Below are positions 14,819 through 23,790 of a stretch of 24,000 nt of DNA, one piece after another. The stretch covers positions 1-24,000 of the forward strand of contig CAYZCS010000007.1 in NCBI GenBank assembly GCA_964476895.1, given 5' to 3'. The position numbers and the translations under genes were made by a program. The stretch comes from an uncultured Candidatus Saccharibacteria bacterium. Its GTDB lineage: Bacteria; Patescibacteriota; SICC01. Numbering within the stretch: the first letter of the stretch is position 1; each line of letters begins with the position of its first letter. Under the pieces are notes generated by a model that saw only the letters and a program-made list of their open reading frames with translations, was not told the DNA's origin and ran no database searches.

Positions 14819-15469
14819 CTAGTGCTGCTCGGTGAGCTGGGAGCGGAAGTTCCGCAGTACTCTCTCCCGGGCCTCCGGCGAAAGCCGGTTGAGCTCTTGG
14901 ATGAACGCGGTGTCCGCGGGGGTCAACCGATCCATGGTCGGAACGTCTTGGAACCGGTTCGGTGCGTCACCGCTTACGGCTCCTCCGGACTGGCCGGTGA
15001 CGTCCTCGGGCGACGCATTCCGCTTCCATGCGAAGACGCGGTAGTTGTCGGCGAGGAAGTACAGGGCCGCCAGGACGAACGGAGCCAGCAGCACCAGCCC
15101 CAGGAAGTTGCCCTGGACGTCGTTGATGGTGGGATGGAGCGCCAGCACGGTGAAGCATGTGGCGAAACCGATGCCCAGCGTCAGCAAGAAGCGGCGCTGG
15201 TGGGCGGCGATGAAAGCCGCGGAGATGATTCCCGCCACCGTGACGATCTCGAGGACGGTCGTTACGCCCTCGTTCAGTACGAGCAGGCTGTACCCCTGCA
15301 TGTAGCTGGGAATCGTCAGGTAGGTCTCGGACGTCGACCCATCGGCGAAACCGCCGACCAGCTCGGTCTCGAGACCGGAGATGCTGATGAAGCTGCCGAT
15401 CAGCAGCACCTGGGCGGCCGCGGCGATGCCGAGCAAGCCCCAGACGACCCTGTTGATATTGGAGCTCAA
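14819..15469 (-). CDS. Predicted multi-pass membrane protein of unknown function
   Basis: About four hydrophobic helices and a soluble C-terminus; GGAGGTGG-type Shine-Dalgarno upstream. Confidence 0.65.
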   Translation of the reverse strand: MSSNINRVVWGLLGIAAAAQVLLIGSFISISGLETELVGGFADGSTSETYLTIPSYMQGYSLLVLNEGVTTVLEIVTVAGIISAAFIAAHQRRFLLTLGIGFATCFTVLALHPTINDVQGNFLGLVLLAPFVLAALYFLADNYRVFAWKRNASPEDVTGQSGGAVSGDAPNRFQDVPTMDRLTPADTAFIQELNRLSPEARERVLRNFRSQLTEQH

Positions 15470-15592
15470 AGCTCCACCTCCTAGTTGTAGATGTGCACGA
15501 TAGCCTTATGCCATCGGCAAGAAAGTACCATAACAGAGCTAATTATTCAAGTACTGTCGAATGATGCAGCAGGATAGCGCTAAGCTGGTTAC

Positions 15593-16150
15593 ATGGGCTT
15601 CCTCGGCTACCTCGACTACCAGCTGACGCGTGCTGCCACGGAGATCGGCGGCACCAGCCCGCTCCGTGCCGAGATCGTGAACTTCGCGGCTGATTTGCTT
15701 CCGTACTTCTTCACCGCGGCGGCGGTCTGGATCTTCCTGAGCGGCCGGACCAAACGCCAGAAAGAGAAAGGGCAGGACGCGGTGATCGCGGCGCTCGGTG
15801 CCGTGCTGCTCGCGATCGGTACGCACTGGCTGATCGGCGAGGTGTTTCACCGCGACCGGCCGTTCGTGACGCACCAAATCAATTACGTCGAGCTGGTGGA
15901 TCCGCTCGAGCAGTCCTTCCCGAGCGGCCATGCGATGATCCTCTTCGCGTTCGCGGGGACGATCTACTTCATCGGGAACCATCGGAAGTGGGGCGTCATC
16001 CTGCTGACCGTCGCGGCGGTCGTGGCGATCGCCCGGGTCGTTGCCGGCGTGCACTATCCCAGCGACGTGATTGCCGGCGCGCTGCTCGGACTCGCCCTCG
16101 CCAAGCTCGTCTCCTGGCAGAGCCGGTGGCTGGCCAAGGAAATGCGCTAG
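15593..16150 (+). CDS. PAP2 superfamily phosphatase (possible undecaprenyl-diphosphatase)
   Basis: KRQKEKGQD...HRDRPFV...SFPSGHAMILF...ARVVAGVHYPSDVIAG: the three PAP2 motifs. Confidence 0.9.
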   Translation: MGFLGYLDYQLTRAATEIGGTSPLRAEIVNFAADLLPYFFTAAAVWIFLSGRTKRQKEKGQDAVIAALGAVLLAIGTHWLIGEVFHRDRPFVTHQINYVELVDPLEQSFPSGHAMILFAFAGTIYFIGNHRKWGVILLTVAAVVAIARVVAGVHYPSDVIAGALLGLALAKLVSWQSRWLAKEMR

Positions 16151-16203
16151 GCGTACACTGACCAGTCACCTTCACATACCGTTGTCGACCAAAAGGAGGG
16201 GCC

Positions 16204-16401
16204 GTGGAGCTTTTTTTGCTATTGCTGATCGCCGCGGCCCTGCTCGGGTCGCGCCTTGCCAGGAGCTGCCTGCTCGGCATGTTCTGGTTCATCGTCCTGG
16301 CCGTTGCGTTCATCCTGTTCCTCGCGATCCTCATCCAAAGCGACGTGAAGGACAACGACCGGCCCGCCAAACCCCGGACGGAGATCGTCCGGACAATCTG
16401 A
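16204..16401 (+). CDS. Tiny predicted membrane protein (65 aa)
   Basis: MELFLLLLIAAALLGSRLARSCLLGMFWFIVLAVAFILFLAILIQSDVKDNDRPAKPRTEIVRTI; GGAGG upstream. Confidence 0.6.
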   Translation: MELFLLLLIAAALLGSRLARSCLLGMFWFIVLAVAFILFLAILIQSDVKDNDRPAKPRTEIVRTI

Positions 16402-16414
16402 AAGGACTCGTTCC

Positions 16415-16546
16415 ATGAAGCAGTCGCTGAGAATGGTGGCGATCGCCGTTCCGGTGGGTACGCTGGCCGGTTTCTTCGAGGCCGTCGGCGCATCCCTGGC
16501 GTGTTTCGTCGCGATGGGTTGCTACATGAGCAATCGGATGCTCTGA
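16415..16546 (+). CDS. Tiny predicted membrane protein (43 aa)
   Basis: MKQSLRMVAIAVPVGTLAGFFEAVGASLACFVAMGCYMSNRML; AAAGGA upstream. Confidence 0.5.
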   Translation: MKQSLRMVAIAVPVGTLAGFFEAVGASLACFVAMGCYMSNRML

Positions 16547-16556
16547 AAGGAGTCAC

Positions 16557-16709
16557 ATGGAAATCATGGCAGCAAGCGAAACCCTGAAGGTCGTCGCCGT
16601 GACCCTGCTTGTTCTGGGAGGAGCGGCATTTCTGGTCTTCGAGCCGCTCTTCTACGCCATGTTGTACGGGGAGCCGCCCGACGACGCGGACGAGTCCGGC
16701 CATGCGTGA
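16557..16709 (+). CDS. Tiny predicted membrane protein (50 aa)
   Basis: MEIMAASETLKVVAVTLLVLGGAAFLVFEPLFYAMLYGEPPDDADESGHA; AAAGGAG upstream. Confidence 0.5.
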   Translation: MEIMAASETLKVVAVTLLVLGGAAFLVFEPLFYAMLYGEPPDDADESGHA

Positions 16710-16899
16710 CTGGGGCATCCTGATCCCGATGTCATTCGTGCCGGCAGGGCTCGCGTTCTTCGCGGGAGTCGTCTCATTCCTCACCGGTTCGGCATTCCTG
16801 ACCAACCTGCTTCGCGTTTCTGCGCTCGCCGTGATCGTCCTGATCATCCTGTTTCTCAACGATCAGGTCCGGCGCGCCTTGGACGGCGGACATCCCTAA
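16702..16899 (+). CDS. Small predicted membrane protein (65 aa)
   Basis: MRDWGILIPMSFVPAGLAFFAGVVSFLTGSAFLTNLLRVSALAVIVLIILFLNDQVRRALDGGHP; start overlaps previous stop by 8 nt. Confidence 0.55.
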   Translation: MRDWGILIPMSFVPAGLAFFAGVVSFLTGSAFLTNLLRVSALAVIVLIILFLNDQVRRALDGGHP

Positions 16900-16901
16900 G
16901 G

Positions 16902-16969
16902 CGGCGATCCGTCATCCCCGTTTCGATCTCACGATTTGAAACGACCGGATGATGGGTTGCCGTCTTTTT
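16902..16969 (+). terminator. Strong intrinsic terminator after the tiny membrane protein cluster
   Basis: CGGCGATCCGTCATCC (16902-16917) pairs over 16 bp (3 G.U) with GGATGATGGGTTGCCG (16947-16962); inner CGTTTC/GAAACG; followed by TCTTTTT. Confidence 0.85.
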
Positions 16970-17011
16970 ACTTGCGCGGGGAACCGCCGCATACGGTAGG
17001 CTGGAATCCGT

Positions 17012-17794
17012 ATGGAGTACGTCTACGCCGCGATTCTCGGCATCGTCCAGGGGCTCACTGAGTTCCTGCCGGTCTCCTCGACCGGTCATCTGGCGCTGGC
17101 GCAGGAGCTGTTCGGTCTCGACCAGTCCCGGTTCGGATTGCAGTTCGACGCGGCGATCCATCTCGGCACCGCGGCGGCGGTCGTCGGGTTCTTCCGCCGC
17201 GACCTCTGGCGGGTGGTGACCGGATTTCGCAAGCCGGAAGAACGGAAGCTTGGATACTCCCTGGTAATCGCGAGCATCCCGGCCGGCCTGGCCGGACTGA
17301 TGTTCGAGGACCTGATCGAGGGACCGCTCCGCGATCCGGCGGTGATCGCGACGGCCCTGGCGGTCGGTGCGCTCGTCTTCCTGATGGTCGAGCGGGTGGC
17401 GAAGGCGCGGAAAGACGTCCGTGACGCCTCGGTCCTGGACGCGCTGATCATCGGTCTGGCCCAAGCGCTCGCGCTGATTCCCGGCGTCTCCCGCTCCGGC
17501 TCGACCACGGTCACCGGCATGCTGCTCGGACTCAAACGGGCGGAGGCGGCGCGCTTCGCCTTCCTGCTCTCCGTGCCGATCGTGGTGGCGGCCGGTGGCA
17601 AGAAGTTCTTCGATACCCTGAGCGAGGGAAGCGACGGAGTGATCGGCATCACCCTGGTCGGACTCGCGACCTCGGCGGTCGTCGGATACTTCACGATCCG
17701 GTATCTCCTCCGGTTCCTCCAGCAGAACCGCCTCGATGTCTTCGCCTACTACCGCCTGGTCCTGGCGGGCGTAATCGTACTGACGCTCTTGTAA
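17012..17794 (+). CDS. uppP: Undecaprenyl-diphosphatase UppP/BacA
   Basis: ILGIVQGLTEFLPVSSTGHLALAQ...IPGVSRSGSTTVTGMLLGLKRAEAARFAFLLSVPIVVAAG. Confidence 0.97.
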   Translation: MEYVYAAILGIVQGLTEFLPVSSTGHLALAQELFGLDQSRFGLQFDAAIHLGTAAAVVGFFRRDLWRVVTGFRKPEERKLGYSLVIASIPAGLAGLMFEDLIEGPLRDPAVIATALAVGALVFLMVERVAKARKDVRDASVLDALIIGLAQALALIPGVSRSGSTTVTGMLLGLKRAEAARFAFLLSVPIVVAAGGKKFFDTLSEGSDGVIGITLVGLATSAVVGYFTIRYLLRFLQQNRLDVFAYYRLVLAGVIVLTLL

Positions 17795-17821
17795 GGTAGG
17801 GGCGTAAAGGGGTACTCGCAG

Positions 17822-19417
17822 ATGTTCAAAGACGTGACCGGTCCGGAGGGGGCTTCGAAGCAATCAGACGCAGGCGGCGTCGTCGCCGCCGGAAGCCCGG
17901 AAACGGTCCGAGCCGGGACGGAGATCCTGCAAGCCGGCGGCACCGCTGCGGACGCCGCGATCGCCTGTGCGTTCGCGGCCTGCGCCGCCGAGCCGCATCT
18001 GATCGCGCTCGGGGCCGGCGGGTTCATGCTGACCCACGACGCCGCGACCGGCCGGCAGACGCTGCTCGACTACTTCGTGGCGATGCCCGGCGAGGGTCTC
18101 GAGAAGGAGCAACGGAAACTCGCGAAGCTCACGCCGACGCCGGTCGACTTCGGCAGCACCGTGCAGATGTTCCACTCCGGTCACGCCGCCAACGGCGTGC
18201 CGGGATTCGTGGCGGGGATGTACGCGGCGCACGAGCGGTTCGGGACGCTCCCCATGGCGCGGCTGCTCGAGCCGGCGCAACGGATCGCCACGGAAGGCGT
18301 GGTGGTCGGCGAACAGCAGAGCTACCTGTTCGAGCTACTGCACAACATCCTGACGCTCACGGAGGATTCGAAGCGACGGTTCGCCAAGGACGGCGGCCCC
18401 TACCGGAAAGGCGATACGTTCCGGTACCCGGAGCTGGCCGAGACGCTGGCAGAGATCGCCGCCGGCGGTGCGGACACGTTCTACCGCGGCGCGCTCGCGG
18501 AGCGGATCGTCCGCGAATCCGCGGCCGGGGGCGGCCGGATTACCGCCGCGGACCTGGCGGCGTACGAAGTGATCGAACGCGATCCCGTCCGGATCGAATA
18601 TCGCGGTTCGGAGATCGTGGGGAATCCGCCGCCGTCGTCCGGCGGCGCGCTGATCGCCCACACGCTCAGGCTGCTTTCGCACTTCGACCTGGCGGGACTC
18701 GGGCGCGATTCCTACGAACGGCTCCGGCATGTGGTCGAAGCGCAGCTCGCGACGAACACCGTCCGCCGCGTCCGGTTCGACGCGCACCTGCATGACGAGG
18801 ACGTGCTGGAGCGGCTCCTGGCGGAGGAGCAGGTCGTCCACGACCATCAGGGCATCACCAACCGGCTCGGCAACACGACCCACTGCGTGGTGATCGACGG
18901 TAACGGCAACGCCGTCAGCATGACCAACTCGAACGGGGCCTGCTCCGGCGTACAGGTGCCGGGTACCGGGATCCAGCTCAACTCGATGCTCGGCGAGGAG
19001 GACCTGAACCCGCAGGGGTTCCACAAGCATCCGGTCGGCTCGCGGATTCCCTCGATGATGGCGCCGACCCTGGTGCTCGACCGCGGCGAGGTTCGCCTGG
19101 CGGTCGGGTCGGCCGGCAGCAACCGGATCCGGAGCGCGATCCTGCAGACGATCCTCGGCGTGCTTGATGACGGCCTGCCGTTGGACGAGGCGGTCGAGGC
19201 GCCGCGGGTGCACGTGGAGGGAGATTCGGCGGAGATCGAAGGCGGCATCGACCCCAAGCATGCCAAGCGCCTCACCGCGGACGGCTACCAGGTGAATCTG
19301 TGGAAGGACCGGAACCTGTTCTTCGGCGGCGTGCAGGCCGCCGTCCGGAACCCGCGGACCGGCACGTTGACCGGCCACGGCGACACCCGCCGCGGCGGCG
19401 CGGCGATGACGGTCTGA
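17822..19417 (+). CDS. ggt: Gamma-glutamyltransferase family protein
   Basis: VAAGSPETVRAGTEILQAGGTAADAAIACAF...NTTHCVVIDGNGNAVSMTNSN...GTGIQLNSMLGEEDLNP...SRIPSMMAPTLVL...AVGSAGSNRIRSAI. Confidence 0.93.
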   Translation: MFKDVTGPEGASKQSDAGGVVAAGSPETVRAGTEILQAGGTAADAAIACAFAACAAEPHLIALGAGGFMLTHDAATGRQTLLDYFVAMPGEGLEKEQRKLAKLTPTPVDFGSTVQMFHSGHAANGVPGFVAGMYAAHERFGTLPMARLLEPAQRIATEGVVVGEQQSYLFELLHNILTLTEDSKRRFAKDGGPYRKGDTFRYPELAETLAEIAAGGADTFYRGALAERIVRESAAGGGRITAADLAAYEVIERDPVRIEYRGSEIVGNPPPSSGGALIAHTLRLLSHFDLAGLGRDSYERLRHVVEAQLATNTVRRVRFDAHLHDEDVLERLLAEEQVVHDHQGITNRLGNTTHCVVIDGNGNAVSMTNSNGACSGVQVPGTGIQLNSMLGEEDLNPQGFHKHPVGSRIPSMMAPTLVLDRGEVRLAVGSAGSNRIRSAILQTILGVLDDGLPLDEAVEAPRVHVEGDSAEIEGGIDPKHAKRLTADGYQVNLWKDRNLFFGGVQAAVRNPRTGTLTGHGDTRRGGAAMTV

Positions 19418-19421
19418 ATCC

Positions 19422-19835
19422 CTATCGTCGGAACCGGTCGGGAATCAGGTCGAGCGCGAAGAGCGAGGCGACGAACGCGCCCAGTAACGTCAGGAACAGC
19501 GCCAGCAGAAATGCGGAGAGGCGTGGGCGGCGGCGCACGAACCGGACCACGGCCCGGGTGAAGGAGCTGTCCTTGGCACGGTCGGCGTGCTCGAGGGCCT
19601 GCTGGAGCAGCCGCTCCGCCCAGTGGAACTCGAGCGCCAGCAGATAGAGGCCGATCGGGATCACGGCGAACGCGGGACCGGGCAACGCCAGCAGCAACAG
19701 TCCCCAGCTCGTGACCAATGCGCCGGCCACGATCGTCAGTCCCCGGACCAACTTGCTGCGCTGCCGGTGGTTCACCCGGCTCAATTGGAGGCGCTTCACC
19801 AGTCCGAACTCACGTCTTTTGGGAACTCTTGCCAT
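19422..19835 (-). CDS. PGPGW-like small transmembrane protein
   Basis: WGLLLLALPGPAFAVIPIGLYLLALEFHWAERLLQQALEHADRAK, two further TM segments. Confidence 0.6.
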   Translation of the reverse strand: MARVPKRREFGLVKRLQLSRVNHRQRSKLVRGLTIVAGALVTSWGLLLLALPGPAFAVIPIGLYLLALEFHWAERLLQQALEHADRAKDSSFTRAVVRFVRRRPRLSAFLLALFLTLLGAFVASLFALDLIPDRFRR

Positions 19836-20238
19836 GCGCCCGGATGATACACTAATTCCCGTGGCATCTCGGAATAAGCTTTCTTTCTATTACTTCATCA
19901 GCGCGGTGGGGCTCTTCATTGTCGGGTACGGCCTGGCCTGGTTCTCGGAGCAGCCGCTCTTCTCGAAGGAGATCTTTCCCCGGTCCGAAGAACGGACCGC
20001 GACGGTGCCCACGCCGAGCGGCGCGCCGGCTTCGGGCGGTGACGAAGTGCCATCCGACAGCGAGGCCTCCGTCCGGCCCGGCCGCCAGTACGAGGTCCAG
20101 CCCGGCGATACGATCAGCTCGATCGCCCAGGCAAACGGCATGGCTTTCGAGGAGCTCGCCGAATACAACGGCATCCCGTATCCGTACAACCTGGCCGTCG
20201 GCCAAATCATCGTGATCCCCGAAGGTGGCGATGAATAA
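19834..20238 (+). CDS. Membrane-anchored LysM domain protein
   Basis: N-terminal TM, then YEVQPGDTISSIAQANGMAFEELAEYNGIPYPYNLAVGQIIVIP. Confidence 0.85.
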   Translation: MRPDDTLIPVASRNKLSFYYFISAVGLFIVGYGLAWFSEQPLFSKEIFPRSEERTATVPTPSGAPASGGDEVPSDSEASVRPGRQYEVQPGDTISSIAQANGMAFEELAEYNGIPYPYNLAVGQIIVIPEGGDE

Positions 20239-21532
20239 GCCCGCCCGGAAAGCAGGACAGGTACCGGTGTTCCGCACGCGGACGCTGGACAGCGGCCTGA
20301 CCGTCGTGACCGTTCCCCGTCCCGGCACCGAGGCGGCGACCGTGAGCTTCCTGTTCCGCGGCGGCAGCCGGTACGAGACGCCGGAGACGAACGGTATCGC
20401 GCACTTCAACGAACACCTGGCGTTCAAGGGCGGCAAGCGGTATCCGGACTACCGGGCGGTGACCCAGGCGTTCGACAAGATCGGCGCGGTGTCCAACGCG
20501 TTCACCGGCGCGGAAGTGACGGGCTTCTGGGCGAAGACCCGTGCCGCGCACATCCTCGACGTGGCTGACGTCTTCTCCGACGTCCTGACCGCTACCGCGT
20601 ACGACCCGGACGAGCTCAACAAGGAGCGTGGCGTAATCATCGAGGAGATCAACATGTATGAGGATGATCCGGCCGCTGACATCTACCAGGTGCTGGAAGC
20701 CGTGACGTTCCCGGACCATCCGCTCGGCCGGTCCACCCTCGGGCCGAAGGAAAACATCCGCCGGTTCACGCCGGACGACTTCCGCGCGTACGAGCGGCGG
20801 CACCAGACCCCGGACCGCTGCGTGCTGGTAATCGCTGGCAAGGTGGACGGTCTCGACGAGGCGAAGCTCGATGAGCTGCTCGGCCGGTTCTCCGGCACCA
20901 GTGACGTCCGGCCGGAAGCGGCGGTCGTTTCCCAGACCGAGCCGCGACTCCGGGTGAAGACCAAGCGGACCGAACAGACGCACATCGGCCTGACGCTCCG
21001 CGCGCCTTCGCTGGCCGATCGCGCCGCGTCGCCGGTACTCGGCGTGTTGGCGCAGCTCCTCGGCGGGACCATGAGTTCGCGGCTGTTCACCGAGGTCCGT
21101 GAGAAGCGCGGCTTGGCCTACTACGTGCGGGCGCTCCCGGACCAGCTGACCGATGCCGGCATGCTGGTGGTCGCGGCGGGAGTGAAGAACGACCAGGCGC
21201 ATGACGCGCTGGGAGCGATCATCACGGAGCTCAAGCGGCTGCGTGACGGCGACCTGCCGGCGGACGAGCTCGCCATGCACAAGGATTCCCAGATGGGCCG
21301 GCTGGCGCTCAAGTGGGAGGATTCGATGGCGCTGGCTGAATTCTACGGCGAACAGCAGCTGCTGATCGGCGACGTGAAGACCACCAAGGACCGACTGGGG
21401 GAGATCGCGGCGGTCACGCGGGACCAGGTGATCGACCTGGCGAAGGAGATCGTCGGGGATAAGGGCCTGAGCGCCGCGGTGATCGGTCCACACGAGGATG
21501 CGAAGTTCAAGGACGTGCTGACGTTCGAGTAG
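20231..21532 (+). CDS. M16 family zinc metallopeptidase
   Basis: HFNEHLAFKGG (HxxEH), LNKERGVIIEEINMYEDDPA, FTEVREKRGLAYYV; overlaps LysM gene by 8 nt (or more if GTG 20225 is used). Confidence 0.95.
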   Translation: MNKPARKAGQVPVFRTRTLDSGLTVVTVPRPGTEAATVSFLFRGGSRYETPETNGIAHFNEHLAFKGGKRYPDYRAVTQAFDKIGAVSNAFTGAEVTGFWAKTRAAHILDVADVFSDVLTATAYDPDELNKERGVIIEEINMYEDDPAADIYQVLEAVTFPDHPLGRSTLGPKENIRRFTPDDFRAYERRHQTPDRCVLVIAGKVDGLDEAKLDELLGRFSGTSDVRPEAAVVSQTEPRLRVKTKRTEQTHIGLTLRAPSLADRAASPVLGVLAQLLGGTMSSRLFTEVREKRGLAYYVRALPDQLTDAGMLVVAAGVKNDQAHDALGAIITELKRLRDGDLPADELAMHKDSQMGRLALKWEDSMALAEFYGEQQLLIGDVKTTKDRLGEIAAVTRDQVIDLAKEIVGDKGLSAAVIGPHEDAKFKDVLTFE

Positions 21533-21554
21533 GCGTTCGGGTAGACTGGAGCGT

Positions 21555-22145
21555 ATGAAAGAGATCAAGCAGGAACGGACGCTGGTATTGGTGAAGCCGG
21601 ACGGGGTGATGCGCGGACTCACCGGCGAGGTGCTGCAGCGGATCGAGCGCCGCGGGCTCAAGGTCATCGCGCTGAAGATGGTGCAGGTCGACCGCGAACA
21701 TCTGGAGGGGCATTTCCCGAGCGAAGAAAGCTGGGTGGCCCGGCTCGGTGAGAAGGGCCTCAAGACCTTCGCTGAATACAAGATCGACGTGAAGGAGCAC
21801 ATGGGGACCGACGACAAGGTCGAGATCGGGAAGATCGTGAAGGAGAGCCTGTTCGAATACATGGCCAGCGGTCCGGTGGTGGCGGCCGTGATCGAAGGCA
21901 TCCACGCCATCGACATGGTACGGAAGCTTGCCGGTCACACGCTGCCGGTCTTCGCCGACATGGGGACGATCCGCGGCGACTACTCCGTGGATTCGCCGGC
22001 GGTTGCCAACGTGGAAAAGCGGGCGATCAAGAACATCATGCACGCCTCCGAAACGCCCGAAGAGGCCAAGAACGAGATCGACCTCTGGTTCAGCAAGGAC
22101 GAGCTGCACTCGTACGTCCGCGCCGAAGAATCCGCGATGTTCTGA
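21555..22145 (+). CDS. ndk: Nucleoside diphosphate kinase, extended form
   Basis: ERTLVLVKPDGVMRGLTGEVLQRIERRGLKVIALKM...SGPVVAAVIEG...MGTIRGDYSVDSP...KNIMHASETPEEAKNEIDLWF. Confidence 0.93.
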   Translation: MKEIKQERTLVLVKPDGVMRGLTGEVLQRIERRGLKVIALKMVQVDREHLEGHFPSEESWVARLGEKGLKTFAEYKIDVKEHMGTDDKVEIGKIVKESLFEYMASGPVVAAVIEGIHAIDMVRKLAGHTLPVFADMGTIRGDYSVDSPAVANVEKRAIKNIMHASETPEEAKNEIDLWFSKDELHSYVRAEESAMF

Positions 22146-22582
22146 TGGGTGACCGCACGCTCCAGGTCGGAGTGAAGGTCTTACTCAAGAATACGCAAGG
22201 CAAGTATCTCCTCCTGTTCCGCTCCAAGGAAAAGTATCCGGAAGTGCAGGAACCTTGGGATATGCCGGGCGGGCGAATCCATGTAGGTGCTTCGTTGATT
22301 GCGAACTTGCGCCGAGAGGTTTCAGAGGAAACAGGCTTGGAGGTACAAGGTGAGCCACGACTAATCGGTGTTCAGGATATTCTGCGCGTTCCTGATCGAC
22401 ATGTAATCAGACTGACGTTTATGGCCACGACCGATGGTGAGCCTGTATTGAGTAAGGAAAGCACGAAGAGCGGCTGGTTTTCCCTTGACGAGATTGAGCG
22501 GCTCCCTGACCTAGACCGCTATCTTGCCGAAGTTTTACGAAAACTTGATCAGCCGCATGTCACGCTCTCAAATCCGCTATAG
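22145..22582 (+). CDS. Nudix hydrolase
   Basis: WDMPGGRIHVGASLIANLRREVSEETGLEVQG. Confidence 0.88.
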   Translation: MGDRTLQVGVKVLLKNTQGKYLLLFRSKEKYPEVQEPWDMPGGRIHVGASLIANLRREVSEETGLEVQGEPRLIGVQDILRVPDRHVIRLTFMATTDGEPVLSKESTKSGWFSLDEIERLPDLDRYLAEVLRKLDQPHVTLSNPL

Positions 22583-22600
22583 GTTTATACTGCAGATGTT

Positions 22601-23155
22601 ATGAAACGAATTAAGGTATATCTCGCCGGTAAGGTGAGCCCCAATTCGCCGCATGTGGGCGAATCGTGGCGGGAGGAATACTGCGGAATACTGAGCGATC
22701 GTACAGGTTTGGACATCCAGAACCTTAATCCGTCCCGCGGGACTGCTACATACGAGGTGGATGAAGGCGACCCTCGGGCCGTCTTCGGGCGGGACTGCTT
22801 CATGATCCAACAGTCAGACGTGGTGATCGTGAATCTGACGGATGATATCAGTGTCGGGGGGTCCCAGGAGATGCTCATCGCGAAATACTTCAGCAAGCCA
22901 CTGCTGGGTATTGCCCCAGTGGATGGTAAATTCCGAAAAACGGAAGCTGAAATCAGAGGACGCAAATATGCCGACTATGTCCATCCGTTCGTGAAGCTTC
23001 CTTGTGATGCCATCCTTGATGACATTGAGGCGGTAGGAGACTATCTTGCGGCGTACTTTCAAGGGCGCCGGAGGCGAGCCAAGGGTGTTGATGTCATCGA
23101 TAAATCGATTCAGTACTACATCGACGACCTGCTGGAAAAAAGCATTGTGCAGTAA
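22601..23155 (+). CDS. Nucleoside 2-deoxyribosyltransferase-like protein
   Basis: KRIKVYLAGKVS...FGRDCFMIQQSDVVIVNLTDDISVGGSQEMLIAKYFSKPLLGI. Confidence 0.65.
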   Translation: MKRIKVYLAGKVSPNSPHVGESWREEYCGILSDRTGLDIQNLNPSRGTATYEVDEGDPRAVFGRDCFMIQQSDVVIVNLTDDISVGGSQEMLIAKYFSKPLLGIAPVDGKFRKTEAEIRGRKYADYVHPFVKLPCDAILDDIEAVGDYLAAYFQGRRRRAKGVDVIDKSIQYYIDDLLEKSIVQ

Positions 23156-23160
23156 GCCGC

Positions 23161-23790
23161 ATGAACCGGGATACCCAATTCCTGTTCGAAGTCGGCGCGC
23201 TAAGGCGGATGCCGCGGCAGTGGTTCCGGTTCTTCGGGACCGACCTGCAGAACATCACGGAACACACGTTCCGGGTCGCGTGGATCGCCCTGGTAGTGGC
23301 CGCCCGCGAACAGACCGGTGACACCGGCAAGATCGTGAAGCTGGCCCTGGTGCACGACGTCGTGGAGAGCCGCTCGACCGACGTGGATTACCTCAGCCGG
23401 CAGTACGTTGACCGGCATGAGGACAAGGCTGCCCGGGACATCTTCGAAGGCACCGCGCTGGCAGACGAATTCACGAAACTCTGGCAGGAATACGAGGTCC
23501 GGGAGACGATCGAAGCGAAGATCGTGAAGGACGCCGACATCCTGGACCAGGACCTGGAAGTGCGGGAACAATCGTCCGCCGGCGTGCCGATGGAACGTTT
23601 CTGGAAGGAAGACCGCCGAAAGATGGTCCGGAAGAAACTGCATACCCCATCGGCCGCCGAAATGTTTGATGAGATCTACGCGTCGGATCCGCACGACTGG
23701 CATGTCAAAGGGCAGAACCGGTTCCATGATGGCGATTGGCAGAAGGAATCGTCCGAGCAGGAGAAGCCATCCGATGCCCAAGAGTCCTGA
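23161..23790 (+). CDS. HD domain phosphohydrolase (YfbR-like 5'-deoxynucleotidase)
   Basis: NITEHTFRVAWIALVVAA...LALVHDVVESRSTDVDYLSRQY...IVKDADILDQDLEV. Confidence 0.85.
   Translation: MNRDTQFLFEVGALRRMPRQWFRFFGTDLQNITEHTFRVAWIALVVAAREQTGDTGKIVKLALVHDVVESRSTDVDYLSRQYVDRHEDKAARDIFEGTALADEFTKLWQEYEVRETIEAKIVKDADILDQDLEVREQSSAGVPMERFWKEDRRKMVRKKLHTPSAAEMFDEIYASDPHDWHVKGQNRFHDGDWQKESSEQEKPSDAQES

Noticed and set aside
18335-19378. 347-aa minus-strand ORF, and similar long antisense frames (16856-17863, 7804-8772, 20207-21916, 1808-2983)
   Set aside because: All lie opposite clearly recognised genes (ggt, uppP, ychF, M16 peptidase, tlyA) and have Arg/His/Gly-rich low-information sequence.
19880-19905. 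CTGATGA...GAAA on the minus strand (third hammerhead candidate)
   Set aside because: No stem II between the two core motifs (AAGTAATA-like segment cannot pair), no stem I/III, and it lies inside the coding sequence of the LysM protein.
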